A stretch of 64,000 bases of DNA. It comes from the human T2T-CHM13v2.0 reference genome, Homo sapiens. Made by a program: the position numbers and the translations under genes. The notes below the pieces were generated by a model. The model had not been told where the DNA came from. It did no database searches and saw only the letters and a list, made by a program, of their open reading frames with translations. Position 1 is the first letter of the stretch. Each line of letters begins with the position of its first letter. Shown one piece after another: positions 27,401 through 45,999 of the stretch. Location: assembly GCF_009914755.1 (NCBI RefSeq), contig NC_060930.1. One strand, given 5' to 3'.

Positions 27401-28121
27401 CCTCAGGCTTCATAATACAAAATACTTGGCACTCTGATGGGTTCAAGGAAAGGTACATTTGTAGATTTTATGACTTAAGTCTAATTCTTAGGGTGAGAGT
27501 GGCATTCTCTTGAAGCTTTCTGCTAAGCAGAAGCATAGCTCCTTCTCTGTTTTGCCCTGGTTGTAGTTATTGTCAAGGATGAAACAGAGGACTCAGTGCC
27601 CCCTTGCATATTTCACATGCAGCATCTTCAGATTCTTCTACCTAGGGCTTTTAAACCACAGACTCTTAGAGAAATAATTGTTTCAATTTTCAAAGGGAAA
27701 GCTACAGGTAGCATTTATTTTGTAGTAACTAAAGGGAATAGAAGTCCTCTGATATCTGAAGTCATATTTAACAATGCATTTCTAAACCACAATAATATCA
27801 CAGCTGGTCTGACTCTGGCTATGAGAAAGTCCCATCAAGTTATAAAGAGTTTAAAAAGTTGCATTTAATATATAACAATAGGAAATAAATTTATTTTTTG
27901 CTCACTATACTCCCTAAATCCTCTTTAAACAGTTTCCTAATTTCTCACCCCTGAATCTCAATCAGTAAATCTCAATCAGATCACTTAGCCATGCAGGATC
28001 CTCCTGGTTTTCATCAAGTTCAATCTGGCATAACAAGTTCACAGCTCTAAAATCCACTCATGATTAAGTTTCTCTACTTTCCCCAGCTTGGGTCTACTTT
28101 GGGCTTAAAAGCCATTTGTGT

Positions 28122-28605
<484 letters not shown>

Positions 28606-30636
28606 CTACACCTTGCTGCTTGTTTTCTTGGACCACTCAAGGCCAGGGTGAAGGGGAGAGGAGATTACAGTAGTGTGATGGCTGTAACTCCAAAGAACAA
28701 AAAGGACTGTTTCTCAGTGCTTGCTGATTTCAGTGGCATAAGTATACCAGCAATGGCTGATTTTGTGCTACAAATGAGACATCACTAAATAAGGGAGGAA
28801 AATAATGCACACAGTCACCTCTCCTGAGCTCCAACACACACTGGATCGAAGGAAACATATCATTTCCCTTGTCCAGGGCAGATGTAATCTGCTGGTGGTG
28901 CATTGTACACGGAAGCAGCATGATTTTGAAACTTGTGTGGATCCTTGAGATTCCCTCCCTCAGCATCATGAACAATGCTCCTTCCCAGCTTATGACTCCC
29001 CTCTCATGGGCTTCAATTGTTCCACCATTTTTCCTCCCCAAGTGGTACAAATGAGCAGTATTTATCCACTGCGTCCAAAAAGCATGCATCACTGGTGGAC
29101 AAGCAGCTTGCTCACAATGCCACCCTATTTATTCAGCCCTCCCATGATGACTGGCCAGACATGCACCGTCGTTCATGTTTAGTCTCTTCAGGACTGAGTC
29201 AACTACCATTTCTCAAATAAACAGAAAATTACCCACTCCCTTCCTGCAAGGAAAATGTGGGGAATAAATGATATGCTGACGTTTCTCTCAAGGAGATGCT
29301 CATTGCCAGTTCATTGACGGGACACTTTACATAGCCTGGAGGTGAATAATAGGCTAATCCTGGCAACATCAGCACCCAGGCTCTCAGAATTTCTTGAATA
29401 GATAGTTCATCATCTTTACTTGGGACCTGAGGGATACCTGGCAGTTCTTATATTGCTATTTCATTTTGAGGGCTTCATAAAAACCAAACAGAAAGAGTCC
29501 TATTTTAACACTCATTCTAAGTCCTATGGCATTATATTTCAGTTTAAATGCATACAGAAGAAAAGTTAACTGAGATATACATAAAGAAAAACTATAAGCC
29601 ATTTTTGTAAAGATATCATCCAGAAAGTATTTTGAAGGCAATAGCTTTAGAATGCGAAGCACACACGCTGTGCTATTCCTTGCTAACAAATGTATTTTAC
29701 AGATGTTAAATGAGAAATAATTGCCTTAAATGGTGAAGTTTTTTAATTTGCCTTTTTTTTTTCCAATTCATGACAAAGTGGTAAATGTGAGGCTCAGTGG
29801 AGAGGACTGAGAAATATCAAGTTCTGAATATTAATAGAAACCTCTCTCATGAATAGATTTATACTGTAGCCCTAAACATGTTGCTATCTCTCATTTGTTT
29901 CATTTTCTTTATCTGTAAAATGCAGGTAACTGAAGAGAATAATTCACCAAAAGACTAGCTAAGAAATTAAATAAGAAGATTAAGATTTGTTACTTCACCT
30001 ACTCTCATTCTCTTTCTCAACCTCCCCTTTTCCTCTCTCCTTGCTTTTACCTCTAAACTTGTCCTCAACTAGTTTGTTTTCTCATATTTGCTTTTTCCAT
30101 CTATTTTTAACCCCAGTTGCTGTCTGCTTGCTTCCCATTTCTATGGGAATTCCTCTCGCATCCACATGAGCCATCTGCCGAACCTTCATCTTCCTTGACC
30201 TGTCTTCATTACCTGATACGGAGTCATCTCCTTCCTCCTGATACTTTGTCTCCTTTGCATTGGCACTACATTCTATTTATCTCACTGAGTAAAAATAATA
30301 GCTTTGTGACTTCTGCTCTTCAGTCTCATTACTGGATTTTTCTGTATCTCACTTTTCTCATCATTAAAGGGGAAATAATAATAGTACCTTACTCAGAGAT
30401 GTTTGCTGAACATTTAATAAATTGCTCTATGGAAAGAACTGAGAACAGTGCCTTTCCTACAGCCAAAGTCACATACATGCATACTCACTCATGTTTTCAC
30501 CAAGACAAGAGTAAAAAATGTCCTGCGACAATAGCTAATATTAATAGAATGTTTCTTCCATGCTAGTCACAGTCATAAATTCTTCAAAGATAACAATTCA
30601 CAGACAAATATAAGCAATATAATTTAATTGTCACCA

Positions 30637-31161
30637 TGTTACTGGAAAAGAGGTCTCTACCCAGACTCCAAGAGTGAGTTCTTGGATCCTTGTACAGAAA
30701 CAGATCTGGAGTGAGTCACAGAGCAGAGTGAAGTTACGATGGTTTGAGGCATCTCCACTATAGGGTAGGGTGTCCTCAGAAAGCAAGAGCAGGAATGCCC
30801 CTTCCTCAAACATAATTCTTGCTTCTATAGGAGAGTAGGGTGAGGAATAGTGTGCCGTATGACAAAGGCTGTGATCAGCTTGTGACAGGCTGTCAGTATT
30901 GTCATATTCTTATGTAACTATTGGTTTCAGCAAGAATTTATGGGTGTACTGTTATCTTCAAAGTGAAACCTATTCTTAAACCAGGAATGCTTTTTGTTCT
31001 AAGGGGCTTTATTTAGTTGGTTAGCATCATTAACTTGTTCCCTCAACCATAAATATCCTGTGACTAAGAAAGCCTGACTTCCCAGGAATGTAACCCGGCA
31101 GGTCTGGTGTTGCTTGAGCTTTATTCAAGATGGAGTCACTCCGGCTTGGATGCCTCTGACA
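30637..31161 (-). mobile_element. MER41-family (ERV1) solo LTR
   Basis: Minus strand begins TGTCAGAGGCATCCAAGCCGGAGTGACTCCATCTTGAATA and ends ...TTTTCCAGTAACA. Confidence 0.8.
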
Positions 31162-31329
31162 GCAACAGTGTCAGAAAAGATGTTCAGTTATCACAGTTTT
31201 ACGGATCAAGAGGCCAGAGCCTATGGCTCACCCAAGGTCTCAATTCCTGGGAAAGACAAAGCTCTGGGGCCTTTAATTTGCCTGACTGCCATTCCAGGGC
31301 TCCTTCACAAGCTCTGTTTTCCACACTGC

Positions 31330-32160
31330 AATGTCTATAACAATGACACTTTTTTCTCTCTAAATATTTCAGATTCCTTTCTGCATTTATTATCTCAGTT
31401 GCTGACATTACCAGTCATGCAGTTACAATGTCTGGAAATATCCATGAATACTCAGTCTCCCTTTAGAGTCCTCATTCAATTAATCAGAGAGTCTTATTTA
31501 TCTAATCTCTGCAATGTCCCTTTACTTCATCCTCTCCTCTGCAGATCTCTGCTGCTACACTGCTCAGACCCTCATAATCTCCTACACATCAAATGGTCTT
31601 TCTCCTTTAGCAACTCCACCCTTCCACCCTATTCCTGGAAACTGCTATGACAGTGTTGATTATAAAATATAGATATGATCATAGAATTTTTTCCCATTCT
31701 GCATGAAACTCCAGCTCATGGTTCTCTCCTGTCTGTAGAGTAAGTTACAATTCTAAAATTGGTGCACTGGCCCCTCACAAACAGCCTAGGTGTGCACAGA
31801 TGGACTGATACGTTGAAACATGACAGAGAGAGAGATTTCTTGATGACACATGTACCAAAAATAAGCAAATTCCTTTTTTGCCACCATAAACAACCCCGTG
31901 ACCTTTCTTTTCTTAAATTCTTCTTTTTCTTCCTTTCTCTTCTAGAAAAAAATCCCAAATAAGTCTTGATATATAACTCTAAAGTAAACTCCTATAGCTT
32001 TCTCTGCAGGACTTTGTCCATGACCATAGCAGTCATCATCATACTGCAGATTTTAGTGAGACCCCCTCCACCTCACAGGACAAGTCAGTCTTTTTCATTG
32101 TTGGGATCCCAGTTCCTAGCTTACTGACTGACTGGCATTTAGCAGACAATAGATATATTT
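31330..32160 (+). mobile_element. L2 LINE fragments
   Basis: Pyrimidine-rich L2-like sequence (ATAAAATATAGATATGATCAT) and L2-like 3' end near 32060-32160. Confidence 0.55.
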
Positions 32161-32570
32161 AGCAGACAATAGGTACTTTCAGGTGTCCCTTTGTGGTAGC
32201 TTTCATTTTAGGTGCCACTGGAAGAAGAAACAGAGACAGAAGGAGGTAGAAAGTAAAGGGCCCACGCTCTCAGACTGCTTCCTGGCCATTCAGGTGAATG
32301 GTTCCAAACAAGTGCTGCAGAGATGTAAGGCCATAAGCATGTTCCAGGAATGTTAATTTGCACAGAGGCATATGCACATTAAATAGGCTTTCCCTTTTAG
32401 CAACTCTATCCCTCCACCCTATTCTCCGAACCTGCCACCAGAATGTTGATTATAAAATACAGACATGATTATATAATCCTTCCCCATTCTGCATGAAAAT
32501 CCAATATGGTTCCCTCCCATCTGTAGAACAAGTTACGATTCCAAAACGAGTGCCTTGGACAATGGCCCCT
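31585..32570 (+). repeat. Old ~190-bp local direct duplication (31585-31775 / 32375-32570)
   Basis: Shared TTTAGCAACTC, CCACCCTATTC, TGTTGATTATAAAATA, CCCATTCTGCATGAAA, TGGCCCCT in the same order. Confidence 0.85.
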
Positions 32571-32720
32571 TTAGTTCCTTCCAATTTCCAGAGATGATGA
32601 AGTGAAAGCATCGAGGGAGGGAAGCAATGCTTCACACAGAATTGGTTTCCAGTAAACTGATTACCTCTTCATTTTCCAAAGGGCGTTTTCTCACACGTGC
32701 TTTTAGAAAGAATTTGATGT

Positions 32721-33048
<328 letters not shown>

Positions 33049-33084
33049 TCAGGATTGCTTCCTCTGAAGCAGCTCTCCAGTACT

Positions 33085-33560
33085 AGGTACACAGTCACAG
33101 GCACACATTCACGTGTGTGTGCACACAAGCACTTCTGCATATGCATGCATGACTGTATATATACACACACATGAACATTCGTGACACAGCACACATGCAC
33201 CACACATGCACACACAATGAATGCATGCTTACATGTGCATACACACATATTCCCACATTCACACGCATACACAATACATAAAAACTCATACACATACCTG
33301 TGCATGCACACACACTCAAACTTACACTCAAACATGCACACTCACATACACACACTCACACATATGTTCTCACATTCACACACATACGCATACATAAAAG
33401 CTCATCCATACTCACAGGTGCATGCACATGCACCCACAGAAACTCTCACACTCACATTCACACATGTACACACACATACACACTCACACAGAAACACATA
33501 TATGCACTCATGCAATACAATTTCTCTCACACACACACATAGACAAACATGTACACTTCA
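33085..33560. repeat. Degenerate (CA)n low-complexity tract
   Basis: CACACAT/CATGCA-rich; source of the His/Thr- and Cys/Val-rich spurious ORFs. Confidence 0.9.
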
Positions 33561-34252
33561 CTGCTATCTGCTTCTGGAAGTGAATTCTTGTCTCTGGACC
33601 CAGTGTGAACTGAGTATTAATTCTTTCCTCAACTGGTAAAAAAACGAGCCTCAATATAGAAAGTAAAATTAAAGCTGTGTGTGGTAAATTTTCTTGATAT
33701 TTGAACATTTTTCTCTCAAAAAGGTGAAATATTTCCATTCCCACACAAACTGTTATTTTCAGGAGAAAATTCTGTTTTCCCACAGAGACAGTGACTCATC
33801 TTCTTCAGGTTGGAGTTTATGTTTAGTAAGACGCTTTCCAGAGGCAGCTGGGCAACATGAATTTGTCTATTTCTCCCTGGTATCAACAGCAAGAAAATGT
33901 TAGCATTCATTAGTGATTAAGAACTGCGCAATAAACACTGCATGATTAAATGCTACATTGTTCACATATTTTAAAGCAGTCTTCATCTTAGCCACTACTG
34001 CAGGTAGCTTCCCTTTTGCCTGTTTAGGCGAGCTTGCCTTTACATCATATGACAGTCTGCCATATAAAATAGTCAAGGGTCTTGTGTCTCTGAGCAAGCC
34101 TCAGGAAGTTCTGTGATGTAAAGTTAAACATTGTCAAAGAGGATGTGTGCCTTATGTCCTCCCACCTCTACTCATGAAGCTCACAGTAGCAGACCACAGA
34201 CCCATTGCTGGTCCATTTTAGGCAAATTAAAAAAAGACACATTTCCCCTAGA

Positions 34253-34430
34253 GCAGGATTTCTCAGGCTTAGCACCACTGACATTTGCAGTCAGATTATT
34301 TTTGTTGGGTGTGGAGAGTGGAGGGCTCTGCTTTGTACACTGTGGGCTGCTAGCAGCATCTTTGGCCTCTTCCTGCTAAATGCCAATAGTAGCTCTCTGC
34401 AACTGTGAAAACCGAAAATGTCTCTGTACA
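34253..34430 (+). mobile_element. MER20 (hAT-Charlie) fragment
   Basis: CAGGATTTCTCAGGCTTAGCACCACTGACATTTG...CTAAATGCCAATAG...AAAATGTCTCTG. Confidence 0.75.
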
Positions 34431-34466
34431 TCTCCTTCTTTAAATAGAATCTATTTATCTTCTGAA

Positions 34467-34918
34467 AATACATTTTCAGAAGGAGATACAGTGTTATGGC
34501 CTTGTCTGTAAACAGACAAAACTCTCATTTGATTCTAGACTAAATATCAGCAATAACCCCCCTCTTTTTTGCATCACGTATGGTACTTTTCCATGATGGT
34601 TTCATAATTATGTTCTTATTTTATCTTTACCGCAGTTTGATAAACAGGATATCAAAGAGCAATGCTGTGTATTTTCCATGAATATGATTAGATTGTATTA
34701 TCTACAATCTTAGATTAATTCTGCATTTCCCATTTAAAGAATATAAAATCATAAAATCTTAAAATACAGAGTATGTCTTATTTTATCAATGAGAACCAAG
34801 TCTTTTGAATAAAGCATATATTTATAATATCAAATTTTTCCATACTTCCTGAAGTCAAAATCAACAAGCCACTGGACTCTAAATGTCATTTGTTTTTTTG
34901 TTAGGAACTGGCCAATAT
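34467..34918 (+). repeat. Ancient ~450-bp doublet, copy A (partner 39969-40438)
   Basis: Identical 20-mers TGATTCTAGACTAAATATCA (34530/40017) and TTGTTAGGAACTGGCCAATA (34898/40418) with collinear similarity between them. Confidence 0.85.
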
Positions 34919-36441
34919 ATGATTAGTTTCCACTTCCCCCAGTAACCTCTATATTCTACCCTAGAGATAGTATTTTCAACAATTCTACCCTAGTCCACGA
35001 TTAGGGGTCTCTTGCTGAAAGTCTGTCATTAGTTCTATTTTATCTTCTGGGGAACCAATTCACACAAATGTGATTAAGTAAATTATAGCACATTTATTAG
35101 ATTTCAAGCAACGAAAATTATGTTTATGGATTAATGACAAGGGAAGATGTAAAGAAAATCCGAAATATTATTGCCTTATCTCTACCTCTATCTACTTCAG
35201 TATCTGTGTTATCTATGTCCACACTTATATTTATATTGTTCATATGTTTAGGGAAACTCTTACGTAAATAAAAGAACGTATTATCCTGGACACTCAATAG
35301 CTTTCTTAACACCCTTTTCTCACTCTGCATCTCCCTATCAAGTATCTTCTTAGCATCTGGCTCACCCACTCTGGGTGGTCCAGGGGGCATCAGGGGTCAG
35401 GCCTGGGTTTTACTGTCTTCTCCTCCCTCCTTGTCCATTTCCCAACCCCTTCTCATTGAATGCAATCTCGGAAGTACAGATCTATTTTTAGGTTACTAGT
35501 ATCAAAATAGAAAAAAATACAGAAAACAAATCACAAAGAATATTTTTGACAATATTTGTGGTCTTTTCATAATACCACAAAGTTTATATCATCACCTATA
35601 ATTTTATGTACCTATACAATTAAATCTCATGCAGGTATTTCACATACATACTATCTAATAATCAATTGTGAGGCAGATTCTTCAGAGGTACCAGTAAGCC
35701 TTGCTTTGCCACAGGATCTAATACTGTTTAGACATACACACAGAAAGTCAATTAGAGCCTGTGAGAGATTTCTTTTTAATTAATTTTGATTATGTATTCA
35801 GTGAAACCTATTTCTATTTCCCAGTGCACAACTTTTAATGACTCTGTCTAATGCTCATGTGGTTTCTTCTGTTAAATTGTTTCCCTGTAGCATTTTCTTC
35901 TCTCAGTATGTTAGAAAAAAAAATTCTACAGAGAAGAAGGGTTTATTGTATTTTAAATTTATGTTCATTGCTGGCTAGATGCCCAAAGGGCATTTGATAA
36001 ATGCCTTCTCATAAATCAAAAAATAAATAGGTGGACAAAGATTCCCCAATAGCCTATCAGACTAACGTGGCCATCAGTTTCACACCCATAATCTGCGCAG
36101 CTCATCAGCGATGGTCTTATCTGACATTGCAAATCAGAGCTGCAGATCCATGTAGTGATTATTGTATATTAGCTGTTTCATTAATTATTCAGTCATGTCA
36201 AAGGACTTTTACTAGGAATATTTAAACGTGAGGCCCACGAAGGAATGTTGATGTCTGCTGGGGTGGATTTATAGCTGATTGAATACCATACAATGGTTAA
36301 TGGCAGTATGATAGGAAGTTTTTCCATCTTCTCATTTTCTTATCAGTAAAATAGAAGGCAGAAAGCATGCTCATTATGCACAAAACTTTTAAAAAATGGC
36401 TATTACAACAAAATGGCAGATTTGATATTCATCAGAGTTTT

Positions 36442-39025
<2,584 letters not shown>

Positions 39026-39299
39026 TTCATCAGAGTTTTAATGCAAAATAGCTCTGCAATTAGAAAGACCTCCATCCAAATCCCAGTCCAGAAATGCAAT
39101 ATTCATGTGACTTTGGTTATGTTACCTAATCTCTCTCTTCCACAAAATAATCACATAAAAAACTGAGATACTTGTCTCCTGTGTGAGGAAACAAAGTGGA
39201 AAGTTTCCTTGGTGGAGGTGGAAGCTCTCTGGCCAAATCTGACAGCATTTCTATTCCAAATATACTTTTCTATCTCAATATCACTTTTGGAAAATCTTA

Positions 39300-40795
39300 A
39301 TGATTATTGTATACAGATTCAAACAGAAAAAGTGAAATGGGCTTTATTCACAGGTAATATGTTTGTATAAGTAGAAAATTCAAGTGAATTTACCAAAACT
39401 GTTAAACCTAGTAAGTGAATTGTACAAAGTGGCAAAATTACAGGTCAATATACAAGAGTCAGTTGTGATTTTATATACAAGCATTAAACAATTAGAAAAT
39501 AAAATTTAAGACAATTTTCTATTTACAATAATCTCAAATATATAAAATGATTAGAAATAAATCCACCATAAGATTTTCAAGCTCTCTTCGAAAGAGTTTC
39601 ATGCTTTGTTGAGTACAATTCAAGAAGTCCTAACTAAAGTGAGATATGTACCATAATCATGTTAGAAAACATAATATAGTGAGCAAGTTACTTCAACTGA
39701 GTTCAAGACTTATGATAAAGCAACATATCAAGACAGGATAAGATTTGAATGAGGATTAATGAATATATTATGAAGCAGAATAGAGTCCAGAATTAGATTA
39801 ATATGTAATAGAAAAATTGATTTTCTGCAAAAGCATCAAACAGTCTAACGGGAAAGGAAAGTCCCTTCAACAAACAGTGTTGAAACAACTCCAAGTCCAA
39901 ATTTGTGGAGGGGGATGTCCCAGATTCTAATTCACATTATTTTTTCTCTGGGTGTAAAAAAGTGAAATAAATACATCTTCAGAAACAAAGTATTGTGACA
40001 GCAGATGAGACTCATATGATTCTAGACTAAATATCAACAACATTCCCATTTTTGACGTCAATTTTTGGTATCAGCACTTTTCATTATGGTTTCAAAGATG
40101 TTTTCTTATTCCATCTTTACTGAAAACTTTATATCCTCCTTTTTTTTTTTAGCCTCATGAGATTAACTTGGCACACATAATCATGGAGGTAAATTGTGAG
40201 TCTTTTCTATGTTATAATTAGGTTATATTATCTAAAAATGTAGACTGATCTTAAATTCACTATTAAGGGGATATGAAAGTATAAAGCCTTAAAATACGAA
40301 GCAAGTCTTGTTTTATCAACCAGATTCTAGTATTTTAATTAAAATACATATTTCTAACAATGAATTCTCCTGTACCTCTCAGAGACCAGAGCCACTACCT
40401 CTAAATGTTTGCTGTTGTTGTTAGGAACTGGCCAATAAATGGTCATTTTTGTGGTCGCCATACCTGAGATGAATTGAGGTTGATCATAGACTTAAATGGA
40501 AAAGCTAAAACTATAAATCTAAAAGCTAATGACATTTATCTTTGTTCAATGTGTATTTTATCCCTATCCCCCCATGAACATGGAAAGAATGTTTTCCCAC
40601 TATAGCATACAGACTCTGAAGTTTTTTCTTTGTATGTTGTTCATTGTTCAGACTTAACAAGTGTTATTAAAATATTAAAATGTATACTAAGTACTATTCA
40701 GCAATGAAAAGGACTAAAATGTTACAACATGTTCCATGATACAACACAGATAAACTTCAGTGCCAGTGAAAAAGCCAGATGCAAAAGACTTCACG
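39300..40795 (+). mobile_element. Old L1ME-type ORF2/3' fragments interrupted by doublet copy B
   Basis: GTAGAAAATTCAAGTGAATTTACC, AAAGGAAAGTCCCTTCAACAAA, then resumes GATCATAGACTTAAATGGAAAAGCTAAAACTATAAA. Confidence 0.65.
39969..40438 (+). repeat. Ancient doublet copy B
   Basis: Collinear with 34467-34918. Confidence 0.85.
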
Positions 40796-40796
40796 T

Positions 40797-41360
40797 TTGC
40801 ATTAGTTTCCTACCGTTGTATAACAAATGACCATACACGTCATACCTCGGCACAGGACCGCTTCATCAGCTCACATTTTCTGCAGGTTAGAAGTATGGGC
40901 ACGGCCTCCTAGGTCTTCCGCTCAGGGTCTTGCAAGGCTGAAATCCAGGGTCAGCCTGGCTGGCTCTCATCGGGAGGCCCCAGGGAAGAATCTGCTTTCT
41001 AGTTCATCCAAACTTCTGGCAGACCCAGCTCCTTGAAGCTGTCAGACTGAGCACCTCACTGCCTTGCTGGTTCTCGGTGGGAGATTCTGTCAGGTCCTGG
41101 GGTCCAGCCTTCAGTCCCTGATTGGGGCCTCTTTCAACTCAGAAGCCAGGAAGGGCTCAGCAAATCCCCTTAGTGCTTCAAACACCTTCTTGCCTTTCCC
41201 TCTGCTCCCAACCATAAAAAGCGCACTGCTTTTAAGGGGCTCATGTGATTAGCTTAAGCTCACCTGAATAATCTCACTTTTATCATAAAAAGTACCATGG
41301 TCATGATTATAACTCCAAGGAGTGAGGGTCATAAAGGCCACCCTAAATTCTGCCTACACA
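40797..41360 (-). mobile_element. MLT1E/F/G-type MaLR LTR
   Basis: TTAGTTTCCTA...TAACAAATGACCA, CAAGGCTGAAATCCAGGGTCAGCC, GGGAAGAATCTGCTTTC, ends AATTCTGCCTACACA. Confidence 0.7.
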
Positions 41361-43115
<1,755 letters not shown>

Positions 43116-43119
43116 CTCA

Positions 43120-44275
43120 AAAAGAGTTGTGAATAAAAGGAATGAGAATACAAGCCTTAGACTTGGAATAAATATTTGCAAAACACATACATGATAAAGG
43201 ACAAAATATACAAATAATGCTTAAAACTCAACAGGAAGAAAATGAAAACCCTGATTTAAAAATGGGGAACAGATCTGAATAGACACCTCACCAAAGAAGA
43301 TCTAGAGATGGCAAATAAGCATATGAAAATATATTCAATATCATATGCCATTAGGGAATTGCAAATTAAAACAGCAATGAGATACCACTCCATACCTGTT
43401 ATAATGGCCAGAATCCAAAACACTGACAGCCCCACATGCTGACCAGGATGTGGAACAACAAGAATGTTAATTCACTGCTAGTGAGAATGCAAAGTGGTCT
43501 AGCCACGTTGGAAGACAGTCGTCCAGTTTCTTACAAAACTGAACGTACTCTTACCATACAATCTAGCAATTGTGCTCTTTGGTTTTTATTCAAGTGAGTT
43601 GAAAGTATCTGTCCACTCAAAAACCTGAAAAGAATGATAATAGAAGCTTTATGTGTAATTGTCAAAACTTGGAAGCAACCAAGATGTCCTTCAGTAGGTA
43701 AATGGATAAATAAACCACCGTACATCTGGACAATAGAATATTATTCAACCCTAAAAATAGATGAGCTATCAAGGCATGAAAATACATGAGAGAACATTAA
43801 ATGCAAATTACTAAGAGAAAAGTCCAGTCAAAAAAACTATATACTGTATAATTCCAACTATTTGACATTCCAGAAAAGGCAAAAATATAGAGAGAGTAAA
43901 AAAATTCAGCAGTTGTCAAGGGTTGGGGTGAGGTGGGAGGGATGAGCACACAGAGCAAAAGAAGTTTTCGGAGAGTAAAAGCAGTGAAAGTACTCTGTGT
44001 AATACCATCATGATCGATCCATGCCATTTCGAATTTGTCAAAATCTGTTGAATACACAAATCCAAGAGTGAGCCGTCATGTACACTCTGGACTCCGGGTG
44101 ATGAAGTGTCAGTGTAGGTTCGTCAATGGTAACCAATGCACCACTCTGTGGGGGATGTGATCGTGGGAGAGGTCGTGCATGTGTAGGGGCAGAGGGCATA
44201 TGGGAATTCTGTACATTCCACTCATTTTTGCTGTGAACCTAAAATTGCTCTAAAAAACAAAATCTTTTTTAAAAA
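43120..44275 (+). mobile_element. L1MC1/2-type 3' end
   Basis: GAATAGACACCTCACCAAAGAAGAT...CTCATTTTTGCTGTGAACCTAAAATTGCTCTAAAAAA. Confidence 0.8.
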
Positions 44276-44484
44276 ATGTGTGAGGGAAGAATTAAAGAGA
44301 TAACACGAAAAAGGCTGCCAATGACCAAAAGTGTGACAATTTGGGTATCTTCAAAATGACTGTAATACACTGAAATACAAGGAATGCATCAATGCCCATA
44401 AGGTGACTGTTATGATTTAAAATAGACTAGGAGAGAAAGAGCTAGATACAAGAAAAAAGAAACTGTGTGAGGGTACCCAAAGGT

Positions 44485-44945
44485 GCTGCTTATCACTGAA
44501 GTGTCCCCACAGAACAGACCCTGGGACAAGGATTTGTGTGTAGTTTACTTGAGAAACAACCAGCAAGAGTGGGGAAGTGATTGAGAAAGGAAGATTATAG
44601 AATGTCCGCTACTAAGCTGGTTATCGTCAACGGACCTTAATCCCACTGGAGAACCCTTGAAACCAGTGTAGAACAAGTGCCTCGGAGATGTCCCACCTGG
44701 GGGCAAAGGTTCTTGGATCTTGGTTCACCCATTCCTGCCATGTGTTGGTTAAGGTTATTGATGGGGAAGGACTTGGCGGCATTCATTCTGCTGCACTCTG
44801 CTCCACTGTGGTGCAGGCAAAGTGAGATCTGCTCATCAGCAAAAGTTGTCAGGAAGCAGCTGCAGATTCTGGTTGGGAGGAGGAGAACCCTGTGCTGAAC
44901 TGCCTCAGCCTAAAGGACCTGGGCATCCCGGGGTCCACCATAGCC
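44485..44945 (-). mobile_element. ERVL LTR (LTR33/LTR40-like)
   Basis: CAGACCCTGGGACAAGGATTTG...TAGTTTACTTG, CAGTGTAGAACAAGTGCCTCGGAG. Confidence 0.5.
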
Positions 44946-44949
44946 ACCA

Positions 44950-45780
44950 ACTCCTCACTAAGCAGGAAAATAAAGGAAAAGAATTGACATATTTCTGTCC
45001 TTCTTTACGAAATGTATCTGATGGTAATAAAAAAAAAAGCACTAGCTCATGAGAGAATTTTTATGGAAAAATTTCCACTGATAAATAAGAAATAACAGAA
45101 TAAGAAAATAACCATTTTGCACACTAATAATAAATTCAGATTATCCATGGGTGAAAGATGGCAAGCTTTTAAAGGCAGTGCCAGGTGTCACCCTGAAGCC
45201 AGTGATCAATGTTGGCATGGCTGGAAGGTGCACCAGGCGTGCTGTGAAGTACACAGCCCCACCCATGAGTGTTCTGCATTCTGAAAAGTTAACCTTCAAT
45301 CTAATCAATCCTTTAGAGATTGCTTTAAGTTTACAGTCAATTCAGAAGATGGAGGAACAAGTTCCATAGCCACATGAAGCAATCAATAACTCCAGAAACA
45401 GTTACATTCTACAAGGGTACTGACCCAGTTACTTCAATTCAATTGCATGAAAAAAAATATGATGGGGGGATTGTATTATATTAAAAGAGACCTAAGAGAT
45501 TGAACAAACAAATATGATGGATGATCTTTCTGGAATCTGCTTCAAATAAACCAAATGTAAAATATGATTTCTGAGATAATGAGAGAAACTCAAGTATGAA
45601 ATGAATACCAGATGGTACCAAAGAAATATCTTTATTTTTTGATAAATGTGATAAAGACATTATGGTTAAGTAAGGAAATGTCCACATATTTAGAGGTAGA
45701 TATACTAAATTTATAGCAGTAAAATCATAAAACATCTGGAAATTTGCTTTAAAATACCTCAGTAGTGTGTATGTGAGTGA
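44950..45780 (+). mobile_element. Old L1MC/ME 3' UTR fragment
   Basis: ATTAAAAGAGACCTAAGAGA, GAAATTTGCTTTAAAATACCTCAG. Confidence 0.55.
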
Positions 45781-45783
45781 GAA

Positions 45784-45785
<2 letters not shown>

Positions 45786-45833
<48 letters not shown>
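45786..45833. repeat. (TG)24 microsatellite
   Basis: Perfect dinucleotide run. Confidence 0.97.
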
Positions 45834-45837
<4 letters not shown>

Positions 45838-45999
45838 AAAGAGAGAGAGAGAGACATAGAGGGAGAAAGGGACCACATGCAAAGAACACATAGAGAGACC
45901 ACAAGTATGGCTAAATCTAGACCTTATTTGGATTTAAGATATATGGAACTTCTTTGAAAATGTTCATTAAACATGTAATTCTAAAAATTGAGTAGTCAC

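Noticed and set aside
28730-29220. Possible exon or processed pseudogene (overlapping ORFs, balanced composition)
   Set aside because: No translation I could recognise and no poly(A)/TSD; a tBLASTx/Dfam search would be needed.
31114-31650. 178-aa ORF as a host gene
   Set aside because: Non-ATG start, crosses a MER41 LTR end into L2-derived DNA, and has no recognisable domain.
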